Assembly (NCBI GenBank): GCA_965662235.1 | Contig: CBFIGY010000028.1 | Span: forward strand, 1 to 39,885 | Direction: 5' to 3' | Source: an uncultured bacterium | Lineage (GTDB): Bacteria > SAR324 > NAC60-12 | DNA length: 39,885 nucleotides | Shown: piece after piece, positions 27,383 through 36,797 of the stretch | Layout of the letters: every line of letters starts with the position of its first letter | Position numbering within the stretch: position 1 is the first letter of the stretch | Notes under the pieces: generated by a model | Database searches by the model: none | What the model was told of the DNA's origin: nothing | What the model saw: only the letters and a program-made list of their open reading frames with translations | Made by a program: the position numbers and the translations under genes

Positions 27383-28378
27383 TTAGCGAATGAACTCGTT
27401 GGTGTAGAGGTCCTCCACCGGTGTCGTGCGGCGGATGATGCCCTCATTCTTGTAGTAATCCTGCAGGGCGGCAAGGCGCTCGGCGTCCATCTCACCGAGG
27501 GTCTGCTGACCGCTGTAAACGTACTTCGTGAACATCTTGAAGGTCTCCTCCATGTCCTTCTCCTTGCCCTTGTGCTGCGGAACCGCCTTGACGTAATCCA
27601 CAGAGGCCGAGGCCGGATCCTCCATGATGTCCTGCATGCCCTTCAGGGTGGCTCGGACGAGCTTGCGGATCAGCTCCGGACGCTCCTGAATGACCTCATC
27701 CGAGGCAATGATCGCCTGAGCCATGCTCCGGAAGTGCGTGTCGGACGGGATCACCTCAATCTCCCACTCAGGACGGGCCTGCATGACCAAGTAGGTCCAG
27801 TCCGGAACCGACGCCATGGCATCCGCCTCTCCGGCAATGAACATCTTCCAAACGTTGACCGGGCCCACCGCCTGCGCGTTGATGTCGTTCTTGCTCAACC
27901 CCTGTGTCGCCAGCATGCCGAGCAGGGCGTAGAAGGTTGTGTCCTGATACGACAGGGTCGTGACCGTCCGGCCCTTCAGGTCCTTGATGGAGTTGATGCC
28001 CTTGCTCTTGTTGATGACCAGTTGCATCAGCGACCGTCCCCCTAGGACCGCAACCGCCTTCACCGGCACCCCGTTGGAGCGGACCAGGATGGGGGTGTCG
28101 CCAATGGCGCCGCCGATGAGCGCGTTCCCGGCACCCACCTGTTTGGCCACGTCCACTCCGCCTTTGGCCACCTGGAAGTTCACATTGAGGCCTTCAGCTT
28201 CAAAGTACCCACGCTGCTTGGCCAGCATCCAGGGAGAGAAGGCCGGCAGGAAGTTGGCCGCCGGCAGCAGGTACGTCACCTCTTCTGCCGCCTGGACAGA
28301 AGTCGGGAGCCCCAGCCCAGAGGCCAGCAGGCTGACAGCCGCAAAGGCAGACAGAATCGCTTTCTTGAAGTGCTTCAT
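27383..28378 (-). CDS. ABC transporter substrate-binding protein (NMT1/THI5-like)
   Basis: Signal peptide; AKQRGYFEAEGLNV, IKDLKGR, PELIRKLVRATLKG, DLYTNEF. Confidence 0.9.
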   Translation of the reverse strand: MKHFKKAILSAFAAVSLLASGLGLPTSVQAAEEVTYLLPAANFLPAFSPWMLAKQRGYFEAEGLNVNFQVAKGGVDVAKQVGAGNALIGGAIGDTPILVRSNGVPVKAVAVLGGRSLMQLVINKSKGINSIKDLKGRTVTTLSYQDTTFYALLGMLATQGLSKNDINAQAVGPVNVWKMFIAGEADAMASVPDWTYLVMQARPEWEIEVIPSDTHFRSMAQAIIASDEVIQERPELIRKLVRATLKGMQDIMEDPASASVDYVKAVPQHKGKEKDMEETFKMFTKYVYSGQQTLGEMDAERLAALQDYYKNEGIIRRTTPVEDLYTNEFIR

Positions 28379-28417
28379 GATTCTCCTTGACGAAGTGGAG
28401 GTTGGAGACCGGAGTGG

Positions 28418-29239
28418 TCAGGCAGACGCTTGATCGATGTGCAACAGATCCATCAAGGCGCCTACGTAGTCGTTCACCTTGGGGTGCTTACGACGCTGCA
28501 TGGGGTTCTCCCGATCCGGAAGATCCACCGTGATTTCCTGCACAATGGTGCCAGGACGCTGGCTCATGACCAGCACCCGATCGGAGAGGGCAATGGCCTC
28601 CGTCAGGTCGTGCGTGATGAAGAGGGCGGTCTTGCCTTCTTGGGCCAGCGTTTGTCCCAGGTCCTGCTGGAGCACCATCTTGGTTTGCGCATCCAGGGCT
28701 GAAAACGGCTCATCCATCAGCAGCACCGATGGATTCACCGCCAGGGTCCGGGCCAGGGCCGCACGCTGTCGCATGCCCCCAGAGAGCTGATGCGGGTAGT
28801 GGTTCTCAAAGCTCTGCAGGTGGCAGCGCTCCAGCAACCCCAACGCTAGGTCACGGCGGGTGGCACGTTCGCTGCGCTGAATCTCCAGTCCCAGCTCCAC
28901 ATTCTGCCGGATCGTCCGCCACGGCAGCAGCAGGTCCTTCTGTAGCATGAACGCGACGTGGCTGTTGGGACGCGTCACGCGCTCGCCATCTACATACACC
29001 TCGCCCTCAGTCACGGCGTCCAGCCCCGACCCCAGGTTCAGGAGGGTGGACTTGCCACAGCCGGAGGGACCAATCAGCGTCACCACTTCACCGTCTCGGA
29101 CCTCTAGGTTGACGTTCTGGATGGCCGTCACCGACGCACTGTCTCCTCGGGCAGGAAAGCGCTTGAGGACGTTCCGGAACTCCAGGCGGGTGGCAGGGGG
29201 GGAAGCCGGTTGCAACACGAAGCCGCTCCTATCGGTCAA
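28418..29239 (-). CDS. ABC transporter ATP-binding protein (NitT/TauT family)
   Basis: GPSGCGKST, LLPWRT, LSGGMRQR, LLMDEPFSALD, ITHD. Confidence 0.95.
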   Translation of the reverse strand: MTDRSGFVLQPASPPATRLEFRNVLKRFPARGDSASVTAIQNVNLEVRDGEVVTLIGPSGCGKSTLLNLGSGLDAVTEGEVYVDGERVTRPNSHVAFMLQKDLLLPWRTIRQNVELGLEIQRSERATRRDLALGLLERCHLQSFENHYPHQLSGGMRQRAALARTLAVNPSVLLMDEPFSALDAQTKMVLQQDLGQTLAQEGKTALFITHDLTEAIALSDRVLVMSQRPGTIVQEITVDLPDRENPMQRRKHPKVNDYVGALMDLLHIDQASA

Positions 29240-30173
29240 TCACAAGGCGGTCGCCCTGGCACCGGGAGATGCAGAGCATGACCGTCTTGTTGCTCGCCCG
29301 TTCCGAAGCACTCAGAACCGAGTCGCGGTGTTCCGGAACGCCTTCGAGCACCCGGGTTTCACAGGAGCCGCAGATGCCATCTCGGCAGGAATTCGGAACC
29401 CGGTACCCCTGATCCAGCAGAACCTCCAGCATGCTCTTGTTCGGAGGCACCTCAAGCTCCACGCCCTGCTGCTGAAGCACCAAGGTGAAGGCCTGTTCCG
29501 CGCCAGAGACCTCTTGCTTACGGGCGACAAAGTACTCCACATGAACCTGCTCAGGAGGCCAGTCAGCCGTCGCCTGCTCAAAGGCGGTCATCATGCCCTC
29601 GGGGCCGCAGCAGTAGAAGTGCGTCTCCGGAGGCTGTGCGGCAACCACCTCGGCAAGCGGCAGCACGGCGCCCTGTTCTGCATCCACGTGCAGGTGGTAG
29701 CGGTCTCCCAGTGCCTCCAAAGCATCACTGAATGCGGCACGAGAGCGTTCCTGAACAGCGTGGTAGACCACAAAGTCCTTTCCCAACTCCGCCAACCGGC
29801 GGGCGTGCGACAGGATCGGCGTCACCCCAATGCCTCCGGCTAGGAGAACGGTTCTTTCGGCGGACTCGTCTAGTGGAAAGTTGTTGCGCGGGGGATCCAC
29901 CTGCAGAAACTGCCCCGGACGCAGCTGCGTGTGAATGTACCGCGAGCCTCCCTTGCTGGAAGCATCCAGTCCCACGCCAACGCAGTAGCGGTCCCGCTGC
30001 TCCGGGGAGCTGGTGAGGGAGTAACTCCGGGAGAAACCATTGGGCAGGTGCAGGTCAATGTGGGCACCTGACGTAAAGCCCGGGAGCTCCCCTTCGCCAC
30101 GGAGTTCCACCTCCAGCACGCCCTCGGCTTCCCACTCCAAGCGGTGGACCCGCAGCTTCAGAGATTCACTCAT
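29229..30173 (-). CDS. PDR/VanB family flavin/2Fe-2S oxygenase reductase
   Basis: GAHID, RSYSL, AGGIGVTP, CGPEGM, CRDGICGSCET...C ferredoxin domain. Confidence 0.95.
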   Translation of the reverse strand: MSESLKLRVHRLEWEAEGVLEVELRGEGELPGFTSGAHIDLHLPNGFSRSYSLTSSPEQRDRYCVGVGLDASSKGGSRYIHTQLRPGQFLQVDPPRNNFPLDESAERTVLLAGGIGVTPILSHARRLAELGKDFVVYHAVQERSRAAFSDALEALGDRYHLHVDAEQGAVLPLAEVVAAQPPETHFYCCGPEGMMTAFEQATADWPPEQVHVEYFVARKQEVSGAEQAFTLVLQQQGVELEVPPNKSMLEVLLDQGYRVPNSCRDGICGSCETRVLEGVPEHRDSVLSASERASNKTVMLCISRCQGDRLVIDR

Positions 30174-30604
30174 GCCCCTCCGGAGGCGGTCAGGTTCACA
30201 TCCAGGTTGGCAAACGCGTCAATCTCCACCAGCAGCTCCGGGAAGACAAATCCACTCACCTCCAGCAGCGTGGAACAGGGGTAGACGTCCTGAAACCAGC
30301 GCTTGCGGACGGCGTTCACCTCGTCCTTGCGGCTGATGTCCGTGACGTAGATCACCAGCTTGTAAAGGTTGCCCCGGTGTCCCCCTGCGGCTTCCAGCTG
30401 TGCTTCAATCTTGCGCAGGATCGCCTCAGTCTGTCCTTCCATGCTGTCACCGCCTTCGGTCTGTCCCCCTGCGCCTCGGGCGGTCACTCCCGAAAAAACA
30501 ACCTCTCGTCCCACAAGCAAGCAGTTGGACCACGACGCTTGTGGGGGAGCCGGAACAGTGGGGCAAGAGACCTTCTGGACGGTCACGTTGGCAGCCTCCT
30601 TCAT
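30170..30604 (-). CDS. Rid (YjgF/YER057c/UK114) family protein
   Basis: VFSGVT, KLVIYVTDI, YPCSTLLEVSGFVFPELLVEIDAFA. Confidence 0.88.
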   Translation of the reverse strand: MKEAANVTVQKVSCPTVPAPPQASWSNCLLVGREVVFSGVTARGAGGQTEGGDSMEGQTEAILRKIEAQLEAAGGHRGNLYKLVIYVTDISRKDEVNAVRKRWFQDVYPCSTLLEVSGFVFPELLVEIDAFANLDVNLTASGGA

Positions 30605-31626
30605 GCGGTCGCCTGCTCCAGGGCTTCCAGCTGCTCCACCGCCAGGTTCCGGAGACGCCGGCGCAGGCGCACAATGCCCAGGTCGTGCTGGTAGAGCACC
30701 TCATGCTCCCGGACGTCGCCGTCCATGTCCTCCAGCATCACCCGGTCCTGTTCCAGCACAGCCCAGTGCCGCGCCTCCAGTCGGTTCTTGTAGAGGAAAC
30801 GCCAGGTGTCGCGTTGCCAGCCTTCCACTCGTCGGCAGCGCCAGTGGAAGACGCCCGCGAGCGTCGGTGAGATGGGAGTGTACATGCCGATGATGTGAAA
30901 GTTGCCTCCGGGCCCTCCGGTGGCAGGATAGGGAATTTCCAGTCGCATCCAGTGGATGCCGGTCTCTCCCCACTCGGTCCAGTCAAAGTTCACCCCACGC
31001 TGTCCGGTCTTCTCAAAGACGAAGCCGATGTCGGTTTCTCGAATCTGAAAATCCGCCTGCGTGTCGCCAAACGCCATGGAGTGCGACTGCCGGTGCAAGT
31101 AGACCCCGTGCATCGGATCCATGACGTTCTCACAAACGAAACGATAGTCGTTGCCCCACTCGGCATAACAGAGGAAGGAGCTGAACTCATCCGACTCCAG
31201 CTCTTCCGGAAACTGCAACGGCGGTGGATCCGGGTGCAACTCGTCCCCGACATACGCAAAGATCGCCTCGTGCTTCTCCACCACCGGGAAGGAACGCACG
31301 CACTGCAGCCCCTCTAGGCGGCACCCGGGACTTCCGGGCACAGCGACAGCGGTTCCGGTGTGGTCCACCTGCACCCCGTGGTAACCGCAGGCAATGCGGT
31401 CGTCCATCACAATGCCACGCGAGAGCGGCGCTCCACGGTGCGGGCAGCGGTCTTCCAGAATGTGCACCTGCCCCTTCAGATCTCGCCACAGCACCATGCG
31501 GATGCCCACCCGTCTCAGCGAAACCGGCTTGTCCTGGACAAAGTGCGACGGGCAAATCGCCCACCAGTTGTTCCGCAACCCCTTCTGCAGGAGGTCCTCC
31601 ACCTGCTGATCCGACACTTCTGACAT
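30601..31626 (-). CDS. Rieske non-heme iron oxygenase alpha subunit (VanA-like)
   Basis: Rieske ligands CPH...CGYH; mononuclear Fe motif ENVMDPMHGVYLH; distal Asp in EQD. Confidence 0.95.
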   Translation of the reverse strand: MSEVSDQQVEDLLQKGLRNNWWAICPSHFVQDKPVSLRRVGIRMVLWRDLKGQVHILEDRCPHRGAPLSRGIVMDDRIACGYHGVQVDHTGTAVAVPGSPGCRLEGLQCVRSFPVVEKHEAIFAYVGDELHPDPPPLQFPEELESDEFSSFLCYAEWGNDYRFVCENVMDPMHGVYLHRQSHSMAFGDTQADFQIRETDIGFVFEKTGQRGVNFDWTEWGETGIHWMRLEIPYPATGGPGGNFHIIGMYTPISPTLAGVFHWRCRRVEGWQRDTWRFLYKNRLEARHWAVLEQDRVMLEDMDGDVREHEVLYQHDLGIVRLRRRLRNLAVEQLEALEQATA

Positions 31627-31654
31627 CGCTACTCCTTTGAGAAAACGTCCCGGG

Positions 31655-31873
31655 TCACTGCCCCAGGCGTCGCATTTCGGATTGATAGAGCTCCACCGTC
31701 CAGGGTTGCCCCCCCGGAGCCGGAACCTGGCTCTCGTTCAGGTAGCCCACCAACCCTTCTAGGTCGTGAACGCCCTTGGCAAACGCCCGCTCCAGCGAGT
31801 CGGCAAGCAGGTTCTCATAATCATCAGGAGGACGCTTGCGGGCCTGATGCGGGTCAAGGTATGGAGCGGTCAT
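31655..31873 (-). CDS. Recombinase-like helix-turn-helix small protein
   Basis: YENLLADSLERAF.GVHDLEGLVGYLN...PAPGGQPWT; 4-nt overlap with the upstream ORF. I recognise this type as commonly preceding such Rieske genes. Confidence 0.75.
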   Translation of the reverse strand: MTAPYLDPHQARKRPPDDYENLLADSLERAFAKGVHDLEGLVGYLNESQVPAPGGQPWTVELYQSEMRRLGQ

Positions 31874-32202
31874 TGGCCTCCTTGTCGAACACGCTCCCGA
31901 ATCCGTTCACGGACTGGGACAAAATCATATGCAGGAAAACACTCCGTTGTGAAAACACCCCACGCCGAACGCTCCAGCTCTACATTCAGCTCCGCCAGCT
32001 TTGACGGAGGCAGCCGCAAGGTGACAATCTGCCCAAACCCCATTGCGACGTACCACGAGACCACTTCCACGCCTTCCACGGGAAACCGCTCCCACCAGTC
32101 GGCTTCCTTCAGCTTTCGCTGCACCGCCTCCAAGTTGTTGGACTGGTCGTGCCGCAGGAACACCGTCAGCAGCATCTGTTCATCAGATGAGGAATGATTC
32201 AT
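31870..32202 (-). CDS. Conserved-looking hypothetical protein (~110 aa), first gene of the catabolic operon
   Basis: Open frame coupled (ATGA) to the HTH ORF; alternating beta/alpha pattern; start could be 32202 or 32175. Confidence 0.65.
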   Translation of the reverse strand: MNHSSSDEQMLLTVFLRHDQSNNLEAVQRKLKEADWWERFPVEGVEVVSWYVAMGFGQIVTLRLPPSKLAELNVELERSAWGVFTTECFPAYDFVPVRERIRERVRQGGQ

Positions 32203-32217
32203 AGGCTTCTTTTTTAT

Positions 32218-32245
32218 CAAATATGATACTAAAGTTTCATATTTG
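32218..32245. promoter_or_regulatory. Palindromic operator upstream of the catabolic operon (candidate IclR site)
   Basis: CAAATATGA-TACTAAAGTT-TCATATTTG; overlaps a plausible minus-strand promoter (TTCACA...CATATT). Confidence 0.6.
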
Positions 32246-32368
32246 TGAATCCTAACTTAAGGCCGCCCGGGAAGTAAAGCCTAATTTTGTCCAAAAGGTC
32301 GAAAAATCCGGAACGTCGGTTTGCCCGCTTCAACATCGCTGCATCCGGATATTGTGATGAGTTCCGGC

Positions 32369-32398
32369 TTGACAGTCCGCGGGAGGGCGCATTAGGCT
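32369..32398 (+). promoter_or_regulatory. Sigma70 promoter of the met leader
   Basis: TTGACA (32369-32374), 18-nt spacer, TAGGCT (32393-32398); predicted start site coincides with the riboswitch 5' end. Confidence 0.7.
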
Positions 32399-32404
32399 AG
32401 GGGC

Positions 32405-33985
<1,581 letters not shown>

Positions 33986-34055
33986 TGGTTGTGCCGGGGC
34001 TGCTTTTCCAGTGGCCCCGGATTTCTGCTGCACCCTGTCTGCTTTGAACTGAGTC

Positions 34056-34949
34056 ATGACCCTGATCATTCGTTCCGATTACCACGCCCTGGATGCCATT
34101 GAGCAAAACCGCATCCGCTGGCTTCCTCCTGAACAAGCTGAGCGTCAGGACATCCGGCCCCTGCGCATTGGCATTCTCAACATCATGCCCCTGGGGGAGA
34201 AGTACGAGTTCAACCTCCTCCACCCCCTTGGCCTCTCAGTCCTGCAGATTGAACCCATCTGGATCCGGCTGGAGTCGCATGTTTACAAGTCCTGGCCCGC
34301 TGGGCACCTGGATGAGCTCTACATGACCTACCGGGAAGCGACGGCGCACCAGCCGCTGGACGGGCTCGTGGTCACCGGAGCCCCGGTGGAGCACTTGCCG
34401 TTTGAGGAAGTGGAGTACTGGGATGAGATCTCGCAGGTGCTCCAGGACGCGCGGCAGACGTGTCCCAGCACCCTCGGCATCTGTTGGGGCGGCTTTGCCC
34501 TTGCCTACCTCGCCGGCGTCCACAAGGTCAACTACCCGCAGAAGCTCTTTGGGCTCTTTGAGCTGGAAAACCGTGCTCCCAATCACCCCGTCACCGGCGC
34601 GCTGGATGACGTGTTCTGGTGTCCACAGAGTCGCATTGCCGGACTGGATGACGCTGAGATGGAAGCCGCGGAGCGCGACGGGCGCCTCAACCTCCTCGCC
34701 TACGGCAAGGAATCCGGGTACACCATCTTCGAGACCACCGACCAGCGCTTCCTCATGCACACCGGGCATCCGGAGTACAACGCGGGACGGCTGGCGTATG
34801 AGGCGGAGCGTGACGAGCACAACCCGTCGGTGCCGCCGGTGGCCAACTTCGACTTCCGCGACCCCATCAACCGCTGGCGCTCGCACCGCAACGCCTTCTT
34901 TCAGCAGTGGCTCAACTTCTGTTACACCCGGATCAGCCTCGCCGGCTAA
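34056..34949 (+). CDS. metA: Homoserine O-acyltransferase, MetA family (predicted acetyltransferase)
   Basis: QDIRPLRIGILNIMP, TGAPVE, ICWG, GHPEY, WRSH. Confidence 0.93.
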   Translation: MTLIIRSDYHALDAIEQNRIRWLPPEQAERQDIRPLRIGILNIMPLGEKYEFNLLHPLGLSVLQIEPIWIRLESHVYKSWPAGHLDELYMTYREATAHQPLDGLVVTGAPVEHLPFEEVEYWDEISQVLQDARQTCPSTLGICWGGFALAYLAGVHKVNYPQKLFGLFELENRAPNHPVTGALDDVFWCPQSRIAGLDDAEMEAAERDGRLNLLAYGKESGYTIFETTDQRFLMHTGHPEYNAGRLAYEAERDEHNPSVPPVANFDFRDPINRWRSHRNAFFQQWLNFCYTRISLAG

Positions 34950-35061
34950 TCCACCCTTCTCTTCTCCACGGAGCTACGCTAGAATAAGGTCCTTTTTCAA
35001 CGGAATCGGTTTCCCACCGCCACCTCCCCTCCCTGCTTTCCCTGCTGACGAAAGGAGCTTC

Positions 35062-35553
35062 ATGGCATCTGAAGGATTTGAACCCACGGGCCTGGAAGAC
35101 GTGCCCGGTTTTCTGTTTGTCGACCACGTCGCCATTGCGATTCCGGCCGGTGAGCTGGACCGCCAGGTCGCCGCCTATGCCCGCATGGGCTTCCGGGAGC
35201 TCCACCGAGAAGAGGTTGGCGGCACCGATCTGGTCCGGGAGTCGCTGCTGCAGATTGGCGAAAGCCCAAACCTCATTCAGCTCCTAGAGCCGCTGTCTCC
35301 CGACTCTCCGGTGCAGAAGCAGCTCGACCGCAACCAGGGCAAGGGCGGACTGGCCCACGTCGGTTTCCGGGTCAAGGACGCGCAGGTGGCCTTCGATTAC
35401 CTGAAGGAGCAGGGATTCCGCATCATCGACGCGGCACCGCGGCCCGGATCGCGAGGCACCACCGTCTTCTTCCTGCACCCCAAGTCCCATGACGAGGCTC
35501 CGTTTGGCGTGCTGTTCGAGGTCGTCGAAGACCCGGGAGCGGCCCATGAGTAA
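35062..35553 (+). CDS. VOC family protein, methylmalonyl-CoA epimerase-like
   Basis: DHVAIA, IQLLEPLSPDSPV, GGLAHVGFRV, PRPGSRGTTVFFLHPK, GVLFEVVE; AAGGAG RBS. Confidence 0.85.
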   Translation: MASEGFEPTGLEDVPGFLFVDHVAIAIPAGELDRQVAAYARMGFRELHREEVGGTDLVRESLLQIGESPNLIQLLEPLSPDSPVQKQLDRNQGKGGLAHVGFRVKDAQVAFDYLKEQGFRIIDAAPRPGSRGTTVFFLHPKSHDEAPFGVLFEVVEDPGAAHE

Positions 35554-36520
35554 GCGCATTCTGGTCGTCGGAGGCGCCGGATACATCGGCAGCCACGTTG
35601 CCAAGGCCCTCCGAGAAGCCGGTTACCAGCCCGTCATCTTTGACAACATGAGCGCCGGCCGTCAGGTCAACCTGCTCACCGGGTGTGAGTTCCAGCATGG
35701 CGACATCCTCCTTCCCGATCAAATCCGAGGCGCTTTGGACGGCATTGCGGGCATCGTCCACCTTGCAGCGCTCAAGGCGGCCGGCGAGTCGATGGTCCAG
35801 CCGGAACGCTACTCCACCCACAACCTCAGCGGCACCATTCACCTCCTCAATGCGGCCACCGAGGCCGGCGTCAAGAACGTCGTCTTCTCGTCGTCTGCAG
35901 CCGTTTACGGAGAACCCCACTACGTCCCCATGGACGAGGCCCATCCGCTTGAACCCGCGAATTACTACGGCTTCACCAAGCTGGAGATTGAGCGCCTGCT
36001 GCACTGGTACAGCCGCCTGCGCAACCTGCGCTTTGCCAGCCTCCGTTACTTCAACGCCGCAGGGTACGATCCGGAGGGTGAGGTCCACGGACTGGAGCAG
36101 CGCCCCAACAACCTGCTCCCCATTGTCCTCGAAGCCATCATGGGCTGGCGCCCCCAGGTGGAGGTCTTTGGCACCGATTACGACACTCCAGACGGCAGCT
36201 GCATCCGGGACTACATTCACGTCTCCGACCTTGCTGATGCGCACGTCCGGGCCCTGCGTTACCTTGAGGCAGAACAGGAGAACCTGACCGTCAACCTAGG
36301 GACCTCAAACGGCCTCAGCGTGCTGGAAATCCTCAACGCGGCCAAGGAGCTTTCCGGAGTTGACTTCCCCGTTCAGCGAGGGCCTCGTCGTGAAGGAGAC
36401 CCCGCTGTCGTCTTAGCGACTGCAGCCAAGGCAAATCAGCTTCTGGACTGGACGCCTCAGCACAGTGACGTCCAAACGCTGATCCAATCCATGCTGCAAG
36501 CCTACCGAAGGCACGCCTAA
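35546..36520 (+). CDS. galE: UDP-glucose 4-epimerase
   Basis: GGAGYIGSH, FSSSAAVYG, YGFTK, LRYFNAAG, FGTDYDTPDGSCIRDYIHVSDLA. Confidence 0.95.
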   Translation: MSKRILVVGGAGYIGSHVAKALREAGYQPVIFDNMSAGRQVNLLTGCEFQHGDILLPDQIRGALDGIAGIVHLAALKAAGESMVQPERYSTHNLSGTIHLLNAATEAGVKNVVFSSSAAVYGEPHYVPMDEAHPLEPANYYGFTKLEIERLLHWYSRLRNLRFASLRYFNAAGYDPEGEVHGLEQRPNNLLPIVLEAIMGWRPQVEVFGTDYDTPDGSCIRDYIHVSDLADAHVRALRYLEAEQENLTVNLGTSNGLSVLEILNAAKELSGVDFPVQRGPRREGDPAVVLATAAKANQLLDWTPQHSDVQTLIQSMLQAYRRHA

Positions 36521-36590
36521 CTCGCTGTTTCGGTCAGCATTCTGCACCTTCCCGCCAGCAGAAGCCTCATTTTCACCCCCAGTGACGTCC

Positions 36591-36615
36591 TTCCGGAGGA
36601 ATCTCTCCTCCGGGA
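36591..36615 (+). terminator. Hairpin downstream of galE
   Basis: TTCCGGAGGA-ATCTC-TCCTCCGGGA inverted repeat. Confidence 0.4.
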
Positions 36616-36797
36616 ACGCCCTATTTTCCCCACAAACGGACGTTCCCCCTGCAACTTATCCACACCTTGGCTTCAGATCACCTCAAAACTCATTTTTTGT
36701 GACTTAACTTGATATTCGCCTTGCACCTCTTTCTGAGTTATTGGAAATTGGAGGCTGAATCTTGCACACCTTTTATAACTCTCACTCTGAAATACCC

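Noticed and set aside
34402..35061. Long N-terminal extension of the VOC protein (383-aa ORF in the track)
   Set aside because: It overlaps metA in another frame; the real start is ATG 35062 with an AAGGAG RBS.
36521..36797. Leader-peptide attenuator or T-box upstream of ilvB
   Set aside because: No short ORF rich in Ile/Leu/Val codons followed by a terminator, and no T-box motif, was found.
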